This document shows, piece after piece, positions 51,661 to 64,000 of a stretch of 64,000 bases of DNA. The notes below the pieces were generated by a model. The model worked only from the letters and a program-made list of their open reading frames with translations, made no database searches and had not been told where the DNA came from. Position numbers and translations under genes: made by a program. The stretch is from assembly GCF_001194135.2 (NCBI RefSeq), contig NC_068987.1, positions 45,881,378-45,945,377 of the forward strand, in the 5' to 3' direction. Source of the stretch: Octopus bimaculoides. Lineage: Eukaryota. Each line of letters opens with the position of its first letter. The first letter of the stretch is position 1.

Positions 51661-51710
51661 CATCTCTGATGAAGGAATATCTACAATATCTCAGAAACAG
51701 CTGTACAACT
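51661..51710 (+). ncRNA. Hammerhead-like motif with intact core but no visible stem I
   Basis: CTGATGA (51666-72), stem II GGAATAT/ATATCTC, GAAA (51694-97), palindromic stem III ACAGCTGT, then A. Confidence 0.45.
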
Positions 51711-53579
51711 ATATCTATACCTTTTTCCTTATAAATNNNNNNNNNNNNNNNNNNNNNNNNNNNNNNNNNNNNNNNNNNNNNNNNNNNNNNNNNNNNNNNN
51801 NNNNNNNNNNNNNNNNNNNNNNNNNNNNNNNNNNNNNNNNNNNNNNNNNNNNNNNNNNNNNNNNNNNNNNNNNNNNNNNNNNNNNNNNNNNNNNNNNNNN
51901 NNNNNNNNNNNNNNNNNNNNNNNNNNNNNNNNNNNNNNNNNNNNNNNNNNNNNNNNNNNNNNNNNNNNNNNNNNNNNNNNNNNNNNNNNNNNNNNNNNNN
52001 NNNNNNNNNNNNNNNNNNNNNNNNNNNNNNNNNNNNNNNNNNNNNNNNNNNNNNNNNNNNNNNNNNNNNNNNNNNNNNNTTGACCAACAATATGTGTTTT
52101 CAAAGACAGTTGCTCCCATAAGTACCAAAATAAAATTTTGGATTTGTGGAGGGTCAAACTTGGGAACAAAAACAGGGCAGTGGGGACATATAAGGAAACC
52201 GAATGAAATAAAACATGGAGGGTTGTTAGACCAGAAGAAGGGTAGAATAACGAACACTGGAGAAATATTTTCTTTGAAAAGAGAAAAGATAGAAAAGAGA
52301 GATAGGATACGTCCAGTCCTTAGGACAGTCCTGAAGAAAAGACAAATGATCACGTGAGGAAAAGAAAGATGGACGATGGTCACATCTGAGCAATGAGAGA
52401 GAGGAAAAGAGAAAGAGGTGGAGAGAGAGAGACAAAAAATGGTGAATGGGAGAAAAAGGGAATTGCAGAAAAGGATGGAGGAGAAAACAGTATAGAGTAG
52501 AGTTACATCGAATATATATACACACATATATATATGCACATATATATACACACATATATATACACACACATTCACATTCACATACACAAACCACTGTGTA
52601 TATACTTAAACATACACACACACATATGCATACACATATGCTCAAGGCTAGGATAGATTTTAACACTAGAGCAACACGGTGTGAGTTATGGAAATTATAA
52701 TGAATAATGATGCATTGTTTCCTGCTCTTCTTGCTAAAATGGCTGCAGTATTCAAACAGACAACTTGTAAGTATGAGGCAGGAAACATCCAGGACAAGAA
52801 AATGAGAAGCCAAGCTGACTTTGAGGTTGATACTTGATATTAATCATCTGGATTATTATTCGTGCCTATTGTGTATGGCCTACTAAGAGTTTCAAGCAAT
52901 TGGAAGTAACAACTTTTGCACTTCTGGACAAGATTGAAAGGTTTACCTTTTTCAGTATTTACCTGTTAAAGACCACCTCTGGCTCTCTGATAAAAACTTC
53001 CTGTTTTAAAGTGATGTAAACCAAAACCTTCCATCAAAATTTCATGGTAATTTATTTTCCAAACTCCAACTTAATAATGACAAACTTATTTTATTAAATT
53101 CTTCACTATTTTCAGAATTAACTGAACACATGCACAAGTATGCTGTGTGGTAGGTGTTTGCTTTGCAATCACATGACTCTGGGTTCAACCCCACTGAGCT
53201 TCTTTTTCTTGAACTTCTTTGGTTTATGCAGAAGCCTGTTGCATTCATTTGTGTCTATTCAGTGTGATACATAGTCATTTGGGAATGTTACAAACAAGAT
53301 ATTTTTCCTAAGTCTAGTTTTTTTTTTTTTTCAGTGGTTTCATCAGCTCTATTTAGATCACTGATGGTTGTGCAGAGAATACTCATTAACCACAAACTTT
53401 TAACTTTACACCATAATTCATCCTAAATCACAATGGAAATGATAGGATTTCAGATACCCTGCCTGCAATGGTTAGTGATTTGCATTATTTTTTGGCATCT
53501 AGCACACATATAAATTACACTCTGGAAGGAAGTTCATAACCATTTCATTACCATATTTCTGTCGAAAAACACTACCTAT

Positions 53580-53900
53580 CTTTTACTTTTTTCACTCATT
53601 GAACTGCGACCATGCTGGGGCATCATCTTGAAGAGTTTTTACTCAAATTAACCTCAGAACTTTTTTTTTTAAATCCTGGTACTTACTCTATTGGTCTCTT
53701 ATGCTGAACTGCTAAGCTATAAGGCTGTAAACAAACCAACAAGCAGTGGTGACCAGTGGCGGTGGTGGAGACACACACATACAAAGGCTACTTTCAGTTT
53801 CTATCTACCAAATCCACTCATAAGATGCAGTGGGACTGGATCCGGAACCATGTGGTTGACAAGCAAACTTCTTAATGATTCAGCAATGCCTGCACTTATA
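53580..53900 (-). mobile_element. SINE family B (decayed, internal deletions)
   Basis: Tail, body and head segments are all recognisable. Confidence 0.72.
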
Positions 53901-54577
53901 AGTATATGTACAAGTCTGAAATTACAATGAAACTTAACAAAAGTGATTATCCATCTCTAAACATAAAAACCATCTCTTCGGTCTCTCAAGATTCAGCCAT
54001 GGGTACCACCCAGTTCTCTAACCATTCTTGAAGAAATCCCTGTAAGACTCATGGATGGACTGACCCTGCCCTACTCTACTTCTCAGAAAATAAGCAGAAT
54101 GAAAAAAAAAAAAAACACAAAACATATGCAATAATGGCAACGTTCCAGCAAGGTTAGATGCATCTGGTTTATTTAAACTAAAGGAACTAAACAACCTGAA
54201 ATGTAAACATTTGATAAAATGTGGCTTATGGAAATTCTGCGATGCTCAGATGCAGATGAAATTTTTATCTAAAGCTATATCTAAAAATGCAAACATCTAC
54301 ATAAAACCCTCCAAAATCGTGATGAGCAGAGATTAAAAACATGTTGCAAAGGCTTATATATATATATATATATATATATNNNNNNNNNNNNNNNNNTATA
54401 TATATAATCTTTATTTTTGATGTGTATTTGAGTGTGAACTGAACTTAATTTCCAAAGTCATATTTCACCAAAATATTTCTGTTTTGCTATTGCATTAAGG
54501 CCACTGATTCACTCATCCATTCTGATTATGCCTTAACTACTGGATTGGCTGCTATCCCAAATTCAGATATGAAGTAA

Positions 54578-55003
54578 CGGGGCACAGGCATGGCTGTGAG
54601 GTTAAGAGGTTCATTTCCCAGTGACATGGTTTCAAGTTCAGTCTCACTGTGTGGCATCTTGGGTAAGTATTTTTTACTATAGCTCCTGGAACAAGCAAAG
54701 TTTTGTGAGAGGATTTAGTAGATGAAAACTGAAAGGCCATCACACACACACATTATGTTTGTGCCACTTTGTCTTGTCTTAACATTGTGTGATAATCTTT
54801 TTGTAAATGAGTGTCACTGTCATACAAGCAGTGTCATTTGTATCCAATATCCTGCAAAACACATCTATGGCTATGAGGAAATATCTGATTTGGAAACAAA
54901 TTGGGGTTGACATCAAGATGGGCATCTAGGTGTGGAAAATCTGTCTCAGTAAATTCTTTTCATCCCATGAAAGCATTGAAAAGTAGACGTTAACATAATG
55001 ATG
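54578..55003 (+). mobile_element. Hybrid SINE: family-B head with an RTE-type tail
   Basis: B head up to the microsatellite, a different body, and an end CATG.AAGCAT.GAAAAGT.GACGTTAA+(GAT)n. Similar copies lie at about 56985-57350 (+), 63225-63470 (+, 3' part), 37740-38230 (-) and 55930-56130 (-). Confidence 0.72.
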
Positions 55004-55025
55004 ATAAGGAAAACAATGATCTTTG

Positions 55026-55412
55026 TCTTTTATCTTTTACTCGTTTCAGTCATTAGGTTGTGGTCATGCTGGGGCACCACCTTGAAAATTTTTTAGCTGA
55101 ATGTATCAACCCCAGTACTCATATTTTTTTAAAGTCTGTTATTTATTCTCTTGGTCTCTTTTGCCAAAATTCTAAGTTATGGGGAAGTAAACACACCAGC
55201 AGCAGTTGTCAAGTAGTGATGGTGGTGGGGGACAAACACAGATACAAAGACACACACATATAGATATGCGGGCTTCTTTCAGTTTCCATCAAACAAATCC
55301 ATTCACAAGGTTTTGGTCAGCCCGAGGTTATAGTAGAAGATACTTGCCTAAGGTGCCATGCAGTGGGACTGAACCCTGAACCATGTGGTTGGGAAGCAAG
55401 TTTCTTACCACA
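55026..55412 (-). mobile_element. SINE family B
   Basis: Co-linear with the other copies. Confidence 0.82.
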
Positions 55413-55630
55413 CACATGAAAAGCTCTTTCACGTGTTGGGCCCCACGGAGGCAATGTCGTGCTTGAGAAGGCCCATCAAGCCAAGTAAAATTGCAGTTAT
55501 GGCAGATACTGGTGTCATGCAAGTGGCACGTAAAAGCACCCATTACACTCTTGGAGTGGTTGGCATTAGGAAGGGTATCCAGCCCTAGTCAAACCATCCA
55601 ACTTATACCACCATGGACAATGGACATTAA

Positions 55631-55667
<37 letters not shown>

Positions 55668-56169
55668 CAACCACGCCTGTGTCTATGATGAAATACATTT
55701 CTATATTGCTACTTTCTTTGCTATATATCTTTTCTTTGAACTTATTCCAGTGACACTTCGTAATATTTCACTCATACATATAATGCCTAGGAGCATCACT
55801 TGATCTATTTTCCACTTCTCCTCATCATCATTTTTACATCCACTTTACCATGCTAGCTCTGTGTGTTTGAAGACAAATGGAATGAAAAAAAATAAACCTT
55901 CACTTGGAAAGTAGTTAAGGATTAGGATCAGGAAGGACATCATCAGCATCATCATCATCATCTTTTTAACTTCCACTTTTCTATGCTTGCATGGAATTTG
56001 TTGAGGTTGATTTTCAATGGCTGGATGCCTTACCTGAGGCAAAACCCTCACCTGTTTCCAAGCAAGGTAATATTACTTCATAGGTGGTCATATTTCGTTG
56101 GAAGATTGCCAATAAATGATACTTGCTTATATCTGTTGTGTAATGTCAAGATAAAGAAATAGAAACAGA

Positions 56170-56207
<38 letters not shown>

Positions 56208-57633
56208 NNNNNNNNNNNNNNNNNNNNNNNNNNNNNNNNNNNNNNNNNNNNNNNNNNNNNNNNNNNNNNNNNNNNNNNNNNNNNNNNNNNNNNNNNNNNN
56301 NNNNNNNNNNNNNNNNNNNNNNNNNNNNNNNNNNNNNNNNNNNNNNNNNNNNNNNNNNNNNNNNNNNNNNNNNNNNNNNNNNNNNNNNNNNNNNNNNNNN
56401 NNNNNNNNNNNNNNNNNNNNNNNNNNNNNNNNNNNNNNNNNNNNNNNNNNNNNNNNNNNNNNNNNNNNNNNNNNNNNNNNNNNNNNNNNNNNNNNNNNNN
56501 NNNNNNNNNNNNNNNNNNNNNNNNNNNNNNNNNNNNNNNNNNNNNNNNNNNNNNNNNNNNNNNNNNNNNNNNNNNNNNNNNNNNNNNNNNNNNNAAAACA
56601 AGGACAGAAAAAACAGAGAAAGTTACACAAATACAAATAACAGGACAACGACAAGTGTCTTTCGACTAAGGACAAATTAAATTAAGCTGGTGTGTATGGA
56701 AGTAAAGCTTTATGGTAGGGATACAAGATTTCACAGGCACAGGGAAGAATATAGATGTTGCACGGACGACGGCCGAACCAAGAATATATATATATATGCA
56801 TATTTTTAGGTCATTATGCCATCTGGGCAGTGTCTGTTATAAAACAATGTTTGGTATGTGTTCAGCACATGAAACTAATAGTAGCACATAAAAACATATA
56901 TTGTGTTTATTAAATAATATTTATCTCTCACAAGATGGAGTACTTTGTGTGTTGCATATATATTCCCATCCATGTAGTTTGTTGTGTTAGTCCCACTGCA
57001 TGGCTCCTTAGGTAAGTGTCTTTTTCTATAGCCCTTGACTGATCAAAGCATTGTGAGTGGATTTGGGAGACAAAAACTGAAAGATGTCTGTCATGAATGT
57101 GAGTTTATGTGTATCATTGACTTGACATCACGTGGTGGCTGTAAACAACCGTCTTTGTCATACAAGCAAAGCTGTTCCTAACCAGTTTTCCTTGTAAAAT
57201 ATGTCTAGCCAAGGAGAATTATTACTTTACTTCGGAAACAACTGAGGATTAGTGACAGGAAGATAGAAAATCTAGAAAATCTAACCCAACAAATTCTGTC
57301 TGACACATGAAAGCTTTGAAAAGAGGATGTTACGTGATGGTAATGATGATGATATCTGAGAGCAGAACAAAACCAGACATTTAGCTTGTGTTTTTATTAT
57401 AACATCAGAGATTATGCAATTTATGATGTTATAATAAAAAGGACATACTAAATATCCTGTTTAATTCTGCTCTCAGGTGTATACTCTATAAATTATTCAA
57501 ATGTGTATGATACCGGAAGAAAATATGAGAACAAATTACATTTATTACCTGATTGGTTTTGCATAGAGTTCTAACTATTGGTTAACAGTTATGCTATCAC
57601 TTTTGAAATATCAATTCTTCAATGCATGCACGT

Positions 57634-57666
<33 letters not shown>

Positions 57667-57729
57667 GTGTGACAGGCTTTTTTCAATTTCAGTCTATCAA
57701 ATCCATTTACAAAGCTTCAGTCTCTTCTT

Positions 57730-58215
57730 TATATAATAATCATCATTACCATCATTATTACTATTACGGTTTGTGATTTGGCAGATATGGGAGGGAATCC
57801 TTGATTAGCATTTGTTTAAACTTCTAAGGTCAATTTTCATGACAAAATCAAGCACCATTCCAAGTACCTTGGTCACATGCAGTCTTCGTTATATTTTTTT
57901 GATTGGCATTATTATGTGTAAAATTTTATGTACTCTGTTTCATCTGTCTATTTCTTTGTCAATTGTAAATATTTGGAAGTCTTAGATTCTTTCTGATATA
58001 CTTATCACATCATTATCAGACATCTGTTTCTTCTCTTGGAACTGTTTCTTTCAACAATCTTCACGTCCTAGATATCACTTTTCCTTGCATGTTTATATTT
58101 GGAAAATTCTTTCAGTTAATTTAGATATAAACTATTGTCTGCAGAAATATAAATATCTATTACAAGAAATTTCTGGTCTTGATATTTTCATGGAATAATG
58201 ACTCGGCAATTTACC
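57730..58215 (-). pseudogene. Possible second R4/Dong-like relic (endonuclease C-terminus plus 3' UTR)
   Basis: Minus strand reads RP...ISADNSLYL..KEFSKYK, similar to the D(I/V)SxPxD..KExEKLSKYKDL motif, and ends in TAA-like repeats. Heavily decayed. Confidence 0.5.
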
Positions 58216-58267
58216 ACTATTTTGTAGACAAATTCTTTATTTTCTTCTTTATTTTCATTGTCAACTC

Positions 58268-58269
58268 AT

Positions 58270-58351
<82 letters not shown>

Positions 58352-58358
58352 GCTGCAG
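58268..58358 (+). repeat. Compound (CTA)n(CTG)n microsatellite
   Basis: Direct reading of the sequence. Confidence 0.95.
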
Positions 58359-58929
58359 CAAACTGGCAGAAGTGATAAAGCATCAGAAAAATGCTTTGCA
58401 GAATTACATGACTCATTCCGTTCTGAGTTCAAATTCCACCGAGGTCGACTTTGCCTTCTATCCTTTCAAGGTCTATAAAATGAGTACCAGTCAAGTAATT
58501 GACTATCCTTCTCACCCCAGACCTTGTGCCTACAGTTGAAAAAATACATTATTGACTTTTAATATTATGGTAATGGAATCCTAATTAGTAAAGCCTTGTT
58601 AACTTACTTACATGCTACTACCACTAACAACTAATCCTTATTTACTTCTCTTTGATTATTTTATTACTTTTATAATGGTTTCTATTTTTCTGAACTATGT
58701 GACTACATACCATCTATACCATCCAAAAGCACCCACTTTTGTTGTTTTCTGGATTCCTTTCAGATTCATCCTATCAACTCAAATATCTTGTTCCATGTTC
58801 AGTCATTTCTCCTTAGAATTACTATCTTTTAGAATTCTCTCTTCGGTCACATTTTACCTATAGAACTCCAATCCCATTTATATCTCCAATTAGGGTGGCA
58901 TCATTGCAAGTGTCAAAAGTGCCACCCTA

Positions 58930-59160
58930 CTGTCTAACAAAGACGTTTCTACATGGTTGTTGCTTGATCTGCCGCAAATAGCAGCCAAAATCACTCTCTG
59001 ATCATACCCTGTCATTAAAAAAGGAAAAAAATGTACACATTGGATAATGAGGTCTTAAGTTTCTTATAGATAGCAAAATAGATGGAATGTTCACAACTGG
59101 AATGCCTTTGATTGTATGACTACTCAAAAGGGTTGACTCAGGGCTAATCAACAAATACAA
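58930..59160 (+). mobile_element. SINE-like family G
   Basis: Co-linear with the reverse complement of about 6945-7150 (GTTGCTTGA.CTG...AAATAGCAGCCAAA...AAAAAAG...TGGATA). Ends in an AAC-type tail. Confidence 0.55.
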
Positions 59161-59709
59161 AAAAAGTTATGTTCTGAGTCAAAATTTCACTGAGGTTAAT
59201 TTTGCCTTCCATAATCCTGGGGTTGATAAAATAGGTATTCATCAAGTTGTCTGGTTTTATTTAATATGTCCTTTTCTTGTACCTATGTCAGAAATCCTTA
59301 TTATGGTAGTAGAATAACAGAAGTAACAGAGAGCTAGGTTAATGACTCTTTGGTATGGATATATGCCCTATGCAAGCATAGAAAAGTGGACGTTACAACA
59401 ACAATGATAATGTTGCTTTCACTTCATTAAAAAAAAATTGTAATCTTGTAAAAATAATAATAACTGTCATATGAATACACACATACAAGAACATAACATT
59501 CAGAAGCTATAAATGTTCAATAAGATTGTTTTAAGGGATATAAACATAGCTCTGTTGTTACAAGAGAGATGTTTTTCTTTATAAATTAGAGATTTTTTTG
59601 TGATGTAAGATAACTTTCATTCAGAATTCTCTAATCCTTTTGGAATCTCAGTATTTTTCTTGTGTATTTTTTCTCTACGTGAATGCTGCACCATTAGAAG
59701 TATGAATGC

Positions 59710-59710
59710 A

Positions 59711-59771
<61 letters not shown>

Positions 59772-59785
59772 GTCTGTCTGTATAT

Positions 59786-59819
<34 letters not shown>

Positions 59820-59841
59820 ATCTATCTACCTATTTATCTAT

Positions 59842-59878
<37 letters not shown>

Positions 59879-59990
59879 CATGTAAATACAGACATATATA
59901 TGTACATATACATGCATACATACACATACATACACATTCAAACATACAAACACATTCATACTTACATACACACACACATACATACACCTT
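59710..59990 (+). repeat. Compound (TATC)n(TGTC)n(TA)n(CATA)n tract
   Basis: Direct reading of the sequence. Confidence 0.93.
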
Positions 59991-61854
59991 CATACAGAAA
60001 CTCTCCCATACTTCTATTAGCTACTTCAATCCTATTAACAGATGTAGATTTAAAGAGTGAGAATTGTGGTATAGATTAGCCTGAAGTAAGGATTATCTAC
60101 ATAGTGGATATTGTTCGTAACAAGAATAATAATTAATAATCATCATCATTGTCATCATCATTGTCATTATCATCATTATCATCACCATTGTCATTGTTTA
60201 ACATTAAATGCATTAGTGAAAGGATTTGATATAAAAATAAATAATAGCAGTGGTTTAACCTAGAACCTAGTTAGAAATGATAATATGCTATTGGACTGAG
60301 ATATTTAAATTTACTTCCCCAAGTAAAATGTTTATGAATAAAGTAGATTGCGCAATATGTGAAACCATAAAATAATAAAATATAGAGGTCATCATCATCA
60401 TCATCACCATTGTCTAAAAGTCCACTTTGCCATGCTTGCATGGGTCAGGGTCAGACAGAGCTTATTTAGACAGATTTTCTATAGCCAGATGCTCTTCATG
60501 ATCATAGCTAACATTAACTTGTTTGTTTGATGATGAGCTGGCAGAATTGTTAGCACATTGGGCAAAATGCTTAGCAGCAATTCATCTGTCTTCACATTCT
60601 GAGTTCAAATTCCACCTAGGTTAACTCTGCCTTTCATCCTTTTGGGATTGATAAAATAAGTACCAGTTGAATACTGAGGTTGATCTAATCAACTTAACGC
60701 CTCCCCCAAAATTGATGGCCTTGTGCCAAAATTTGAAATTAATATTATCTTATTTGGTAAAAGGTTGAGGGTTGATGATTAGAAGAACCTCTGGTTGTAG
60801 AAAATCTGCCTCGGTGAATTCAATCTGACCCATGCAAGCATGAACACGTGGATGTTAAAATGATTACAAGGACAGTGATGATGATGAACACACTATAATA
60901 TTAGTTCCACAGAAGTGGAACTATTCTGGGCTCTACTATAATGGCCTCCACTCCATAATAAGCATGGCTGGTGTCAGGAAGGACATCTAGCCATAAAAAA
61001 CCCTGCTAAAACAGACACAGAAGTTTGGGGCAAGCTCCTGTCTGGCCAGCTCCTGTCAAACTGTCCGACTTATGCCAGTATGGAAGGTGGACGTTAAACA
61101 ATGATGATGATGATTACCTCAGACACTTACTCCTTCTTCTCTTAGCAACCTCACTGCTTGGCCACATTCTATCCATTCTCCCTAGAGCATCAGTCTTTTG
61201 TTTTCCTTCCCAGTCAATATCTCCCCCCCACCCACCACCATTGCCATGTTCAGTTTGATCATGGCAATATTAGTGGGGGCGGGAGATGTTGTGACATGTG
61301 AGGGGTAGGAGTTTTAATGGTTACAATATTGTCTCTTCCTCCTCACTAAATGATCTGAAAATATTGTTGTGGATAAGAGTGTTTATAACAAAGCCATGAA
61401 ATTTATAACAAATTATCAAAAGCATTTGATCCCAGTAAATATATACTTATTAACAATCATTACCTACATTATAATTATCAGGCATATATATATTATATAT
61501 GCTATATAAATGCAAGTGTGGCAATCAAATGGTGCGTCCATGAGAAAAATGAAAGAGAATACTGTTCATAGATAATAATGAAAAAATATAATTTGCAATG
61601 AGAAATAACTCAACTTAACTTTTAGATCTACAAATTTCCTAATCTCTATCTACCACCATCAATCTATCACCCTCTAGTCTTGGAAGTAGACTTTTGCCAC
61701 TATTGGCAATATCAGGAAATACAGCATACTTACAATAAATATAATTTAACTTGTATCAAATTTCTTGTTATTTATACAAAATGATAAATTAAAAACTAAA
61801 TTTTAAAAGAAAAATAGTACCTTAAAATAAGATTAAAAAAAACAAATTTCTCAT

Positions 61855-61895
<41 letters not shown>

Positions 61896-63151
61896 TGTTT
61901 AACATCTGCCTTCCATGCTATATATGTGTGTGTGTGTGTTATTTTTTTCTAAATTTCTTCAACCTTATCACGGCCTACTCCATTGAAAACCTATCTTTGT
62001 AAAATTTCATTAAAAAAATGAACTCTGTAATTTTCTGAAAGTTATCATTGCCTGCCATCAAACCTTGTATGTGCACTCATCCACCACCTCTTATGTTAAC
62101 TTTCACAGTGTCTCTGTTTTACTCTCTCTGTCTCCCCCTCTGTCTATAGGATATAAAATGTGACTGTAGAAATCAACCTACTGACCAACCAATCTGCCAG
62201 CATTTATATTAGTTGTTGTTTTATCGAGTTGTTTGAAATATATATATGTATGAAGTATGTATGTAATGGAATATATGTTTGTACTAAATTTGTATGTGTA
62301 TGATCATCAATAATCTAAAATGCTATTTCAATCACACATCTCTTTCAGTCTTGTGGAGTTAGCAGCTGTGAACTATCACCGATTCTGCCTTGCTCTCACT
62401 TCTAACTCACTTTCATTGCAACCACCTGTAAAGGACTCATAGATTCCTCCTTGCAGCACACACACCTTTTACTAAAACCACCTGTTGATGTAATCTTCTG
62501 TTTTGTTCACTGATATTCAGAGGGTGCGTGTGTATTTGTTCTAGTGATGGTTAATATGTGTGCATTCATATGTGTGTGTAAAAGACAGAAAAAGTGAGGA
62601 AGAAGAGAAGAGAGAGAGAGAGAGAGAGAGATAGAGAAAGTGTGTGTGTATGTGTGGGAAGGTGTGCATGCAGGCGTATATGTGAACTAGTGGAAAGCTA
62701 TATGGTGTAATATAAATGACCTGTGCACAATAGTTTTATTCATGTATGACCAATTTGTTTGTAGTTACTCGGGGCTTCATAGAGGTTAAGACCATTGATA
62801 AAACAGTTTTTACTTGTAAATTTTTCGTGATATTGATATGAAAAAGAATTAAAGAGAAAATCTATTTTCTCTGAGTTCAACAGTAAAACAGGGAGGGAGT
62901 ATATGTAAAGAATTACATTGAATTTTCAATACTAACAGTAAGAAATAGAGTTTAGTACAAAGGAGATTTATTTGTGCATGTATCTGTGTACATATATACA
63001 CTCTCTCTCTCACTCTCTCTCACACACACACGCGCACACACACACACATTTATCCCTGGGCTGACCAAAGTGTTGTGTGTGGATTTAATAAACAAAGCTT
63101 ATATAGACAGAAGCTCAAAGAACTAAGTCATATATATGTGTGTGTGTGTAT

Positions 63152-63229
<78 letters not shown>

Positions 63230-63580
63230 GTACCTGTGTCTTGACACCACATGATGGTTGTAAAATGAATGTCACCCTCCTCATACAAGCAATGCAGTTG
63301 TTTCCAGTTTTCCATGGAAACCATGTCTGACCATGGAGGTATATTACCTGGTTTGAAAATAGGTGAGTGTTGGTGACAGGAAGAGCTTCCAGCCATAAAA
63401 AATCTATTTTGGGAAATTCTATCTGACTCACGAGAGCATGGAAAACAGGGTATTAAAATGGTGATAATGATTCAAATAAGCTATATGTGATGTGTGTTGG
63501 GTAATAATTGCGATGGCTGTAGGGGCATGTAGTTCATACTTGTCTTGGTAGTCAATATAGTAAACAATTTAGTTATTTAA

Positions 63581-63791
63581 TTACTTTTGTTACCTTATTT
63601 CATTTGAAATACACTGCCATTTGTGTTTGTTTCAATTAAAGTTGAAACTACCAAAACATACAAAAAAATTATGAAAACTGTTATTATCAGATTGGTGTTT
63701 GGAAATTTTGATAGAAATTTTTAATCACATCTTAATCACAGAGTGTGTACCATTGCAGGGTATGGTCTCAGGCAGGTTGGTGTCAAAAGGG
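63581..63791. mobile_element. TTAA-flanked MITE, same family
   Basis: TTAA at 63577-80 and 63792-95, right end GGTGTCAAAAGGG. Other partial copies lie at about 8395-8660, 22886-22979, 39240-39335, 40850-40986, 41955-42210, 45960-46060 and 52960-53130. Confidence 0.65.
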
Positions 63792-64000
63792 TTAAAAGTA
63801 TGTTCTCAGTTGTTTCCAATGGTTTGAATGTTGTTTATATGCTTTATTTAGGTGTGATGAAGCATAGTGGTTTATCTAACAATTGTATTAATAGGCATGT
63901 CAACTGATGTAATAGATATGATGTTTTGTATTGTGTTTGTATCAGTTTAAAACTAAGTTTGTGTTCAGGGTACTAGTATGTTTATTAGGGTTGCAATCAT

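Noticed and set aside
52080-52500. Purine-rich repeat-like sequence (also 56595-56790) resembling PLE-derived termini
   Set aside because: No complete hammerhead or coding motif is visible, so it is left unclassified.
58891-58929. 10-bp inverted repeat TAGGGTGGCA/TGCCACCCTA with a 19-nt loop
   Set aside because: No TSD, adjacent to a repeat head, and too small to interpret.
62411-62425. 15-nt minus-strand microexon TTTACAG|GTGGTTGCAATGAAA|GTGAGT (VVAMK, kinase subdomain II-like)
   Set aside because: Too short to support, no other kinase exons were seen, and it overlaps an alternative plus-strand candidate.

Overview
AT-rich, microsatellite-dense eukaryotic DNA from a gapped short-read scaffold (10 N-runs, most next to simple repeats). 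The repeat families (tRNA/CORE SINEs, RTE LINEs with GAT tails, Dong/R4) suggest a coleoid cephalopod, probably Octopus; this is inferred from repeat recognition, not a database search. No intact protein-coding gene is recognisable, and almost all long ORFs in the track are microsatellite, N-run or antisense artefacts. Identifiable content is transposon-derived: a 2.9-kb TSD-flanked RTE LINE with a PHD-type finger inside the RT and an internal deletion, further RTE, CR1-group, Dong/R4 and Penelope-like relics, two mariner relics, a Chapaev-like relic, a TTAA-flanked MITE family and dozens of SINEs from about six families. The most interesting signals are four degenerate minimal hammerhead-ribozyme motifs in Penelope/retrozyme-like sequence, a hairpin-array minisatellite in the RTE 3' UTR, modular and dimeric SINEs, an RFX X-box upstream of a possible first exon, and two unexplained palindromes. 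I found no convincing evidence of a wholly new biological system. The window is best read as intronic or intergenic repeat landscape, with a few low-confidence candidate exons. Coordinates of decayed elements are approximate.
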